A stretch of DNA of 64,000 nucleotides, from the IMG/VR virus record IMGVR_UViG_3300023210_000001, positions 1,206 through 65,205 of that record; one strand, given 5' to 3'. Numbering within the stretch: the first letter of the stretch is position 1; each line of letters begins with the position of its first letter. Of this stretch, positions 56,550 to 64,000 are shown in pieces. A program made the position numbers and the translations under genes. The notes below the pieces were generated by a model. That model was not told the origin of the DNA, did no database searches, and saw only the letters and a list, made by a program, of their open reading frames with translations. The DNA is from a virus. Taxonomy: Duplodnaviria; Caudoviricetes.

Positions 56550-57324
56550 TGAACCATCGCTTGAACGAGGATTTCCCGAAACAAGACATCGGAGAATAAA
56601 GACAACCCTGAAACACGCTCGCCTCGAATTTGTGATCTTCGAGGTCTTCTTTGAGAGCGGTCAGGTCGGCGATCATTTCGATGTTCCGTTGAGTGCAACG
56701 GATATCCCCGCCCATCTTCATCGAGTTCCGTTCGGTCGGCACGATCGGTCTTCGTTGAGGATCGTTGTCGAGATAATACGAATCATCTTCCCGATAACAG
56801 AGATCCACGCCGCCGAGCCACATATCTCGAACGCCCAACAACAACAACAGCGAGATCGCCGCTGTCGCCGTGGTCTTGTTCATCGGGAACTCCGACGGTC
56901 GAGTCTTTCGAAGTCTCTTCGAGCCTTTGAATATCGCCGGAACGGAGTCGGTTTTCGGCAAGACGAGATTCCTCTCCGAGATCCATTTCTCGCATTCGTC
57001 GTGCATCACGATCTGAGTTTTCGAGTTTGGTTTGTATTTGTTTTTGACGATTCTGTCGAGGAAAGAAAGATCCGAAAAGATCCAATAATCAGGCACGAAA
57101 CGATCCAGGTTCCGATGTCCTTCTTCGTTGATGGCGACGGTGACGAGTTCGGGATCGTCGAGTTGTCGATGATCGAAGTCCTTCATCGATGGTCCGGAAC
57201 CGAGAACGATTCCTCGCTGTCCCTCTTTGTCGTTTTTCATCGCCGTGACCGATTTGAAAAAAACGGAGAGGTCACGCCTTGGCGTAACCTCTCCGCTTCC
57301 GATCTTCTTAGACCGTCGAGCCAT
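56542..57324 (-). CDS. DUF115/Maf/sialyltransferase-like protein
   Basis: IVLGSGPS, VAINE, PDYWIFSD, TTATAAI.L..LLG.RD.WL.GVDL; ATG overlaps the capsid stop. Confidence 0.72.
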   Translation of the reverse strand: MARRSKKIGSGEVTPRRDLSVFFKSVTAMKNDKEGQRGIVLGSGPSMKDFDHRQLDDPELVTVAINEEGHRNLDRFVPDYWIFSDLSFLDRIVKNKYKPNSKTQIVMHDECEKWISERNLVLPKTDSVPAIFKGSKRLRKTRPSEFPMNKTTATAAISLLLLLGVRDMWLGGVDLCYREDDSYYLDNDPQRRPIVPTERNSMKMGGDIRCTQRNIEMIADLTALKEDLEDHKFEASVFQGCLYSPMSCFGKSSFKRWFNG

Positions 57325-58265
57325 TAGTTCCCGGCGTCGCTGAGACGGACGATCATGTTGTTGTTCAACACTTTGTACCCGTAGAGCAGATCGACCGAGA
57401 CGAGCCAACGGCTGTATGTGTGCTGATATGACATCATCACACGGAGACCGATTCCGTCCTTCGTCACGGAAGCCGAACGAACGCCGAACTCGCCGCCAAC
57501 CGCTTCCAGCGGACGACTGACGAATGTCAGAGCGTTACGGTGGAAGGCGATCGACTGATCGGTGAGAACCTCGGGAGTCGCTCCGTCGGTCGCTTGAGGA
57601 ACATTCTGGTCGACATACAGATTCAACCCGAAGATCGTGTTGATGTATCCCGTCCGAATCGCAGGTGGATTGATCCCGGCGGTGTTCGCCTGAATGACCT
57701 CGCCGATCTGAAGAGCCTCGTGGTAGTGGTCCGGCGACATGACGCAGTTGAGCCGTGAAACCCCTCCGGTCGCAGCGGTCGGAACCTTGTTCACCATGAA
57801 CTGCTTCTGCACTCCGGCGAAGTCCGCAAGAGAGACCTTTGCGACGGCGGTGTCGACGACGGTCGTCCCGGAACCGAGTCCGTCGGTGTTGTTGAGGAGA
57901 TCGGCGTCGATCTTCTCGGCCATCGGAATGACCGCTGGCTCCATGAACTCTTCGACCAGATTCTTGATCGAGGTGTCTTGGTCCCTGCTGGTGATCCCGA
58001 ATGCGATGTGTTGATGCTTGTTCAGGGCGACGGTGAGATCTTCCGCCTTCGGAGCCTGAATCGTCATCTGAGTGTTGTTCGTCAGCGGGTTCGCTGTGAA
58101 CATCTGCGGTGTTCGAGTGTGTACGACATCGCCCTGTTGAGCGACTTCATCTTCGAAGTCACGGTGAACGAGGTTCGCCACGACATTCGATGCCTGGAGG
58201 AGGAGGAGAGATTCTCTCGCCCAGATCTCCGGCGGGTATACTAGGTCAACGGTTGAAAAAGCCAT
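57324..58265 (-). CDS. major capsid protein (P22 gp5-like family)
   Basis: LVHRDF..E...GD.V..R.P, PA...MA.KID..L, AFHRNA.TFVSRPL, DLLYG. Confidence 0.9.
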   Translation of the reverse strand: MAFSTVDLVYPPEIWARESLLLLQASNVVANLVHRDFEDEVAQQGDVVHTRTPQMFTANPLTNNTQMTIQAPKAEDLTVALNKHQHIAFGITSRDQDTSIKNLVEEFMEPAVIPMAEKIDADLLNNTDGLGSGTTVVDTAVAKVSLADFAGVQKQFMVNKVPTAATGGVSRLNCVMSPDHYHEALQIGEVIQANTAGINPPAIRTGYINTIFGLNLYVDQNVPQATDGATPEVLTDQSIAFHRNALTFVSRPLEAVGGEFGVRSASVTKDGIGLRVMMSYQHTYSRWLVSVDLLYGYKVLNNNMIVRLSDAGN

Positions 58266-58270
58266 CTATG

Positions 58271-59065
58271 TCAACTTCCTTTGTTCTGTTCCAAATCTCT
58301 GATGATCTTCTCCCGGTTCTCTTCGTAATCTTCCCAGGACATTCCGCCCTGTTTCTGATCTCGAATTGATTCGGAGGTGAATCTCGACTTGGAATTCGGT
58401 GAACTTCCGCTACCTGCCCCGCTGCCGGATTTCGCCGGAGTCGAGAAAAGGTGCGGATTGTCTTCTTTGAAAATGCCGATGAAGTCTTTTACCGGAACGA
58501 GGTCGTCGCCGTGTAATGTTTTCACGGTTATGGCGTCGCCTATTTCTTCGTCGTTCTTGATTTGATCGTTGATGATCTTGAAGCATTGTTCGGGTCGAAC
58601 TGCCCCTGCCGCTGACAAGAGTGCTTCCGTGTTGTGCTTTCGTCGTTCCATTTGCATGGCATGGTCTTTGGATTCTGCGGCTTCTTGGAGCCGTTTGTTG
58701 TCCTCGGACATTTTGCCCATCTGCTTGTGGAGTTTGGAAAGTTCAGCACGAACTCCCGGTGGCAAGGCGTGATCGTCCTTCGCTTCGTCGATTTGTTGCT
58801 GGTTCCCCGAGGATTCCCCGGCTCCAGACGGATTGTCGTCGAGACCGTGCAACAACTTGTCGACTTGCTCAGAACTCGCAAAGCCCATTCCCTGGATGCG
58901 TTTCTCAAACTGTCCGAGAAGTTTTTTCTCCCTTGCCGCCATGATTTTATTCATCTCGGTTTCGGAAACCGTTCTCGGGGTTTCTTTGTTCGCCGCATCG
59001 TCTGCTTCGTCGTCTTCACGACAAATCACAGTCGAGTCGAAATTCATTAAAAGCGTTTTCTTCAT
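58271..59065 (-). CDS. capsid scaffolding protein
   Basis: Acidic/coiled-coil, PHLF...GSG.G motif; directly before the capsid gene. Confidence 0.8.
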   Translation of the reverse strand: MKKTLLMNFDSTVICREDDEADDAANKETPRTVSETEMNKIMAAREKKLLGQFEKRIQGMGFASSEQVDKLLHGLDDNPSGAGESSGNQQQIDEAKDDHALPPGVRAELSKLHKQMGKMSEDNKRLQEAAESKDHAMQMERRKHNTEALLSAAGAVRPEQCFKIINDQIKNDEEIGDAITVKTLHGDDLVPVKDFIGIFKEDNPHLFSTPAKSGSGAGSGSSPNSKSRFTSESIRDQKQGGMSWEDYEENREKIIRDLEQNKGS

Positions 59066-59169
59066 CTCACTCCTTGAAAAGTGCGGAACCGCCGCAAACT
59101 CGGAAACCTACGAGAATTCCCCTCGCTCGTAGGAGGCGAGGAACCGGGTAAGCCGGAAGCAATGTCGAT

Positions 59170-59199
59170 ATAGTACAGAAAAACGAGATCCCGTCGCAA
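59170..59199 (-). promoter_or_regulatory. putative promoter for scaffold/capsid genes
   Basis: TTGCGA-18-TACTAT upstream of the AAGGAG SD. Confidence 0.4.
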
Positions 59200-59202
59200 G
59201 TG

Positions 59203-60789
59203 TTATTCCGCATCTTCTTTCTCGACGACCTCTTCGACGGATTCCTGTTCTCTGGTCGCTTCGAGGAAGTCGTCGGTCCCCACCGCTTCGTCGACCGCTT
59301 CCGGAGATCCGAAGACCCCTTTCATGGCGTCGACGGTCTCGTTCTCGATGATCTCTTTGAGGATCTCTTCCCGTTTCTCGGCGGATATGTCCCCGAGTGC
59401 GGAGTCGATGATTTTGATCTGCATCTCTCTGTCGTAGGTGTCCGAGTTGATCGTGTCACGGGTCGCCAACCACTGCTCGATCAGTCCCTCGGTCCCGGCA
59501 GATGTGAAGATCTGAGGATACGAGACTCGATCGGAGATCAACTGCTCGGTCGGCGGAACCGATCGCTCTGATATGTCCCACCGTTCGGCGATCTCGAAGA
59601 GACGCTGTTCCGCCTGAGCCAACGATTTCGCCGCTCTTCGAAGATGTCTTTCTTCGCTGATCGAGAAACTGATCGCCCTGGATCGACCACTCGCCGAAGC
59701 CGCTTGCGGATCGTTCGACCCGCTCAAAGGGTCGATTCCGCTGATTCTCTTCAATCCATCGACCGCTTCCATCTTGTTCAATCTGAGTTGGTCGGTGTTC
59801 GTTTTCGGGAAATCGAGATACTTCGCATCCTCGTTGTACTCCGGATTCCTTCGGATCGTCGCTCCCGGCCCAACCGAGATTCGTTGACTCTCTTCGCTCG
59901 TTGCGTAGTCGATCAAGGTCGGGTGAGCGTGGAGCCATGAAGCGTACTGAAGATCGCAGTCGGCGACGAAATTCGAGATATCGTGGTGGTAGGCGTATCT
60001 CATCGGAGAATAAAACGACATCGGTTTTTCTTTTTGGAGCGAAATGATAACCAACGGAACCATGCCGAGATCGTGAGTTCCCTCGCCGACGAGCGTCCCT
60101 CGTTTCTTCCTTTCGCCCTTTTGTTGAGTCACTTCGAAGACCCGCCAACCAGCACGATCGAATTCTCGGTATATTTCGATCTCCTCGACTTCGGATTCGA
60201 CATCGACGGATTGTCGATGTGCCTCGCAAAGTCGGACCCAATGGAACTCGCCGCAACGGTCAAGGCTCCAGTCGACGACCTGGCTGATCCGATACGGGAC
60301 CGCTACCAGATCGTTCGTTTCCACTGGACGAACCTCGACTGACGGCTCGAAGTTCTTGCTCGTGGTTTCGACGACGAACCCGTCTTCGTTGACCGTCGGT
60401 CGGTCGATCAGGATCGCCGACGCACCGAATCCGAGCGTCTCGAACAGTCTGTCTTCGAGAAACTGGTCTAGGTGAGTTTGACACCCGTCGACATTCTCGA
60501 TGAACTCGCCCCACTTCGAGGTAATCGACTTCGGTCTCGATGGGGGTCGGGAGGTCACCGCTCCGACGATCCGGTGAAGGATCGGAGACAGTTCGCCCTT
60601 GAATCTGGCGAAGCGAAGGCGTCGTTGATAGTCCTGGATGTTTTCGTCGCCGCCTCGCTCGATGTATTTTCCGAGGTTGTCTTTGACATGATCGAATAGA
60701 ACATCCTGGATTTCTTCCCACACCTGACGATTCGATTCCCAGATCGGATGTCGATTTTCGAGTCTTTTGACCAGTTCTTGTTCAGTCAT
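59203..60789 (-). CDS. portal protein
   Basis: HP..., E...Y.RR...A, NVDG....L..F, V.DW, H.LG.VP, SG.S; position after the terminase. Confidence 0.88.
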   Translation of the reverse strand: MTEQELVKRLENRHPIWESNRQVWEEIQDVLFDHVKDNLGKYIERGGDENIQDYQRRLRFARFKGELSPILHRIVGAVTSRPPSRPKSITSKWGEFIENVDGCQTHLDQFLEDRLFETLGFGASAILIDRPTVNEDGFVVETTSKNFEPSVEVRPVETNDLVAVPYRISQVVDWSLDRCGEFHWVRLCEAHRQSVDVESEVEEIEIYREFDRAGWRVFEVTQQKGERKKRGTLVGEGTHDLGMVPLVIISLQKEKPMSFYSPMRYAYHHDISNFVADCDLQYASWLHAHPTLIDYATSEESQRISVGPGATIRRNPEYNEDAKYLDFPKTNTDQLRLNKMEAVDGLKRISGIDPLSGSNDPQAASASGRSRAISFSISEERHLRRAAKSLAQAEQRLFEIAERWDISERSVPPTEQLISDRVSYPQIFTSAGTEGLIEQWLATRDTINSDTYDREMQIKIIDSALGDISAEKREEILKEIIENETVDAMKGVFGSPEAVDEAVGTDDFLEATREQESVEEVVEKEDAE

Positions 60790-61030
60790 GCAACCAGCCG
60801 TCCGGGATGTTTGTCAGAATCAATCGGTGCGGTTTGTTCATCTGCGTTCTCCTGTATTCGGCTTCGTCGATCGCCGGGATCGTCGTTCTATTCTGTTCCG
60901 GTCTGAGTCTCAGCGTCAAGGACAGGATGTTCGATTCGTTTGTCGTGTCGATCACTTCCCAGGTTTCCGATTCGCCGTCGATCTGTAACGGGAAGAAATC
61001 TCCGTTCGAAAGTTTGCTCAAAGACATCAA
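60782..61030 (-). CDS. hypothetical protein
   Basis: Overlapping operon packing. Confidence 0.45.
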   Translation of the reverse strand: MMSLSKLSNGDFFPLQIDGESETWEVIDTTNESNILSLTLRLRPEQNRTTIPAIDEAEYRRTQMNKPHRLILTNIPDGWLHD

Positions 61031-61416
61031 GCCCTCGTTTCTGGTTTTTCGAGAGCGAAGATCAAATGCTGAACCTCCTCCAGAATTCGTGCCGGGTTTG
61101 CGACCACATCGGCGAGTCCCTCGTTTATCATATTAGCCGATTTCAACAATTCGTCTCGACTCTTTTTCTCTGTCGAAGCCCGGTTCAGCGTGTACACCGC
61201 CAACCACTCTCGCATCAAATCTCTGTCCTGGTAATCAGAATATCTCGCTCCGAGATATGCGATCTCGCACTTGTCCAGTCGACCTTCTCGTTTGTAGTGG
61301 CGAGCGAGGGTCAACCATTTGTCTCTGTTGAGCGAGGAAACCGTTTTCAGTTCCTGGAGTAACTTCAACTCCGATGCGTTCAATCCCGCTCCGTTGAGAG
61401 TCCAGCCGAGGCTCAT
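61027..61416 (-). CDS. hypothetical protein
   Basis: ATGA overlap with the terminase stop. Confidence 0.55.
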   Translation of the reverse strand: MSLGWTLNGAGLNASELKLLQELKTVSSLNRDKWLTLARHYKREGRLDKCEIAYLGARYSDYQDRDLMREWLAVYTLNRASTEKKSRDELLKSANMINEGLADVVANPARILEEVQHLIFALEKPETRA

Positions 61417-62852
61417 ACTGTCATCCAATCTGTCATCGAAGACTGTTTCTCTCCACGGAGGGAAACCCTTTTGTACGGAAAAACACGGTCGATGATGTAA
61501 TCGGCGGTGTCGCTCATGTGACCGAGCGTCAATCCGTCGGTCGCTCTTTGATTCTTCAACTTTGAGAGGTTTTCGTCAAGTCCTTGCGACACGAGATCCC
61601 GAATCAACATTCCGCAAGAAGGATGAATGACCCACCGGACATCGCCGTTTGCGTTCCGGAGGAGAGCGTTCGCCGCTTTCAGCCGACTCGTGTGTCGTGG
61701 ATTCTTCCTCGGAACTCGTCGATGAATCTCGCCGTTGAACGCCGGGGCGATCCAGTCCTCGATCTCGTCGAAGTTCGAAACGCCAACGACGGCGGAAGCA
61801 TCGCCGTAGATGTAGATGTCCCGACCATGACGCAGACCCGCCGGACCGTAGCGGTTGATTAACTCGACGCACACTTCCTTCGTGTTCGATTTGTTGAGAC
61901 TGATCTCGTCGATAGTTGACAAGAGTCCCGTTGTACCGTGTTTGTATACCTGATGTATACTGCACGACATGGGAGAAATATTGAAATCCCAAGAAAAGTG
62001 CAAATCTGATTTTTCGTCGTAGGTCGCTTCTCGGCGAAGATTCGATTCTCGATTGAAGTTGTAATATGCCAGACCTCGACCGACATCGATGTGTTCGCCG
62101 TAGATGTACGCCTTCGCCTGATCCTCGGAGAGCGTCGTTTTGAGACTTTCGATGAACTCCTCGGGTACGCCGGGATTTTCGATGGTCGCCATTCGGATCA
62201 TCTCGTGAGTCGTTCGCCATTCCGCCTCTTTCGATTCGTCGATCGGCGGGTTTTGCCATTTCTGGTAGACGGCATCGAGTCCTTCAGGGGTGCCACATAC
62301 GAAAAACTGAGAAAGCGGTTTCCCCGAAACCGGGTCGGGCTTCGCTCGTCGCAGTCTGGAGGTGAGAGAGATGGCGAGTTCGGGGAAGTCTCGAACGGTC
62401 GTCGCCTCGTCCACGCCGACGAAAGCGAGGTTGAGACCACGGAGTCGAGCCGGGTTGTCGGCGGAACCGAAGTACAGAATCCCGCCCCAAGGGAAAGTCA
62501 GAGACATTTTCGATGGCGAATATACGCAATGATCCCAGAGCGATCCATCGCCGTCGTCGTCGTCGTTTCCGAGTTTCATCAACAGATCGTCTCGAAGGGT
62601 CGGGAGAAGCACCCGTTGAAACATCTGGTAAGTCGGCGAAACGATCAGTCCGGCGTACCCGGCCCCGTTGTAGAGTGAGAGCAAGATCGCTTTGAGGCAG
62701 AACGGTAGCGTCTTCCCGGAACCGAAGCCGCCGATCAAAGCGAGGTTCGGCGTCCAGGATCGGAGGAATCTTTTCTGTTTCTTCGTGAGAGTGATTCCGG
62801 CTCTCTGAAGTTGTTCAGCGTTGATTTGCACGCTTTGGAGTTTATCCGACAT
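61413..62852 (-). CDS. terL: terminase large subunit
   Basis: GGFGSGKT, SPTY, LRGLNL..VGVDEA, GTPEG, SWDFN, YGDAS, H.SD.ADY. Confidence 0.95.
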   Translation of the reverse strand: MSDKLQSVQINAEQLQRAGITLTKKQKRFLRSWTPNLALIGGFGSGKTLPFCLKAILLSLYNGAGYAGLIVSPTYQMFQRVLLPTLRDDLLMKLGNDDDDGDGSLWDHCVYSPSKMSLTFPWGGILYFGSADNPARLRGLNLAFVGVDEATTVRDFPELAISLTSRLRRAKPDPVSGKPLSQFFVCGTPEGLDAVYQKWQNPPIDESKEAEWRTTHEMIRMATIENPGVPEEFIESLKTTLSEDQAKAYIYGEHIDVGRGLAYYNFNRESNLRREATYDEKSDLHFSWDFNISPMSCSIHQVYKHGTTGLLSTIDEISLNKSNTKEVCVELINRYGPAGLRHGRDIYIYGDASAVVGVSNFDEIEDWIAPAFNGEIHRRVPRKNPRHTSRLKAANALLRNANGDVRWVIHPSCGMLIRDLVSQGLDENLSKLKNQRATDGLTLGHMSDTADYIIDRVFPYKRVSLRGEKQSSMTDWMTV

Positions 62853-63108
62853 CCTTGATCTTTGCGACCATCGAGACGATCTCGGCTCCTTCGATCAGAA
62901 GGAGTGCGATTCTTGCGACATCTTCTTCGAACCATTCGACCGATTCCGTGGATATTTCGATAGTCGTTTCCCCGATGACTACGGTGAAGCCTTCAACGAC
63001 AGTCGAGTCGTATCTTCCGAAGGTCGCTTCTGTGTCGTCCCGAACTTCTCGGAGATCGGCGATCACTCGTTCGCCCTCTCTGCTGTCGAGCAGTTGTTCG
63101 ATGGTCAT
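62842..63108 (-). CDS. small cassette protein overlapping the terL start
   Basis: MTIEQLL follows cassette 19. Confidence 0.65.
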   Translation of the reverse strand: MTIEQLLDSREGERVIADLREVRDDTEATFGRYDSTVVEGFTVVIGETTIEISTESVEWFEEDVARIALLLIEGAEIVSMVAKIKDVG

Positions 63109-63137
63109 TCGTTCCTTCTTTCGTTCCGTTTCTCTCC

Positions 63138-63199
63138 GAGGGAAGAACCTTTCCTCCCTCTCATAAAAACAAGTATAGAGCAAATCTGGAACGAATCAA
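63138..63199 (-). promoter_or_regulatory. repeated promoter-hairpin cassette 19
   Basis: TTGATT-16-TATACT plus hairpin. Confidence 0.8.
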
Positions 63200-63268
63200 C
63201 CCTATTTCGGAAGTTTCTCGAAAGTTTTTTTCGACCTGTTTCTTCAGATCCCCGGAGGCCCGCCGGGA

Positions 63269-63463
63269 TTAGATCAAACCTTTGAACAACTCTCCCGGAT
63301 CAGCGGACAAGTCCAGGATCTGGACTCGCATTTCCGTGCAGCCGTGGCCACGGAGGATCTCAATAGTTGCTTTCGCTTCCTGTGAACTCTTGCAGAGCGT
63401 GTGGAGGGGCTGCTCCTCATTAGGATTCTTCGGGGACAGTCCCCAAATGATAAACTCTTTCAT
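63269..63463 (-). CDS. small cassette protein
   Basis: MKEFIIWG follows cassette 20. Confidence 0.65.
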   Translation of the reverse strand: MKEFIIWGLSPKNPNEEQPLHTLCKSSQEAKATIEILRGHGCTEMRVQILDLSADPGELFKGLI

Positions 63464-63493
63464 TTCGTTCCTTCTTTCGTTCCGTTTCCTCGT

Positions 63494-63555
63494 CGGGGAA
63501 GAACCTTTCCTCCCTCTCATAAAAACAAGTATAGGACAAATCTGAGACGGATCAA
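63494..63555 (-). promoter_or_regulatory. repeated promoter-hairpin cassette 20
   Basis: TTGATC-16-TATACT plus hairpin. Confidence 0.8.
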
Positions 63556-63587
63556 CCGCTTTTCGAGATTAGTTTGAAAGTTTTTTC

Positions 63588-64000
63588 GTGGTGTTTTCGT
63601 CGCTCCCCTGTGACGGATCAAACTTCGGGAGGGAGGCGGAGGGAAGCGTCGGGAAGCGGTGAGAGGCGGAGGGAAGCGGAGGGAAGCGGTGAGAGGCGGA
63701 GGAAAGCGAAGGAAAGCGGAGGGAGGCGGAGGAAAGCGAAGGGAAGCGGAGGAAAGCGAAGGGAGGCGGAGGAAAGCGAAGGGAGGCGGAGGAAAGCGAA
63801 GGGAAGCGGCGGAAAGCGAAGGGAGGCGGAGGAAAGCGGAGGAAAGCGAAGGGAGGCGGTGGTGTTTTCGTCGCTCCCCTGTGACGGATCAAACTTCGTG
63901 AAGGTCGGGCGGGAAGTCCGATTCCTGATCTAACGGATCAAACTTCGTGCAGGTCCGGCGGGAAGTCCGATTCCTGATCTAACGGATCAAACTTCGTGCA
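63588..64000. repeat. 10-bp microsatellite flanked by a ~40-bp direct repeat, followed by inverted 49-bp-family units
   Basis: GTGGTGTTTTCGTCGCTCCCCTGTGACGGATCAAACTTCG occurs twice around (GGAAAGCGAA/GGGAGGCGGA)n; GGGAAGTCCGATTCCTGATCTAACGGAT repeats to the window end. Confidence 0.9.

Noticed and set aside
8342-62678. Numerous long plus-strand ORFs opposite minus-strand genes
   Set aside because: Antisense shadows favoured by high GC and codon bias; no motifs found apart from 49862..50284
7859-63183. A protein family starting M(S/P/L)YTCFYEREERFFPRRE or MRGRKGSS, and plus-strand ORFs containing REEPFLPLIKTSI or EGRTFPPSHKNKY
   Set aside because: These are translations through the repeated promoter element; the real starts are the ATGs after the A-rich leader

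Overview
The window looks like most of a circularly permuted tailed-phage (siphovirus-like) genome, with nearly all genes on the minus strand. In transcription order from the right end it has a terminase large subunit, portal, scaffold and P22-gp5-like capsid; two DUF115/Maf-like putative glycosyltransferases; an ~7 kb island of small genes; a GT4-like enzyme, lectin-like and Thr-rich repeat proteins; head-tail, tail, tape-measure and lysis-like genes; a replication block (SNF2 helicase, primase, and an MCM-like helicase on a separate gene); a MoxR/RavA-type ATPase with a vWA partner; and a TerS-like, ParB, cupin and IbrA/IbrB-like block. The most striking structure is non-coding. Twenty near-identical 62-bp cassettes (sigma70-type promoter plus 5' hairpin, followed by an A-rich leader) drive small variable ORFs or structured RNAs across the genome. 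They are joined by a GC-hairpin family, six ~95-bp inverted-repeat elements, 49-bp tandem arrays and 10-bp microsatellites. One cassette drives a duplicated hairpin RNA with a compensatory change and a tRNA-like RNA with a 68-nt stem inserted in its D-loop. A RadC/JAB-like frame missing from the ORF track lies in the -1 frame of the VRR-NUC gene. All protein calls come from motif reading by eye; no database search was run.
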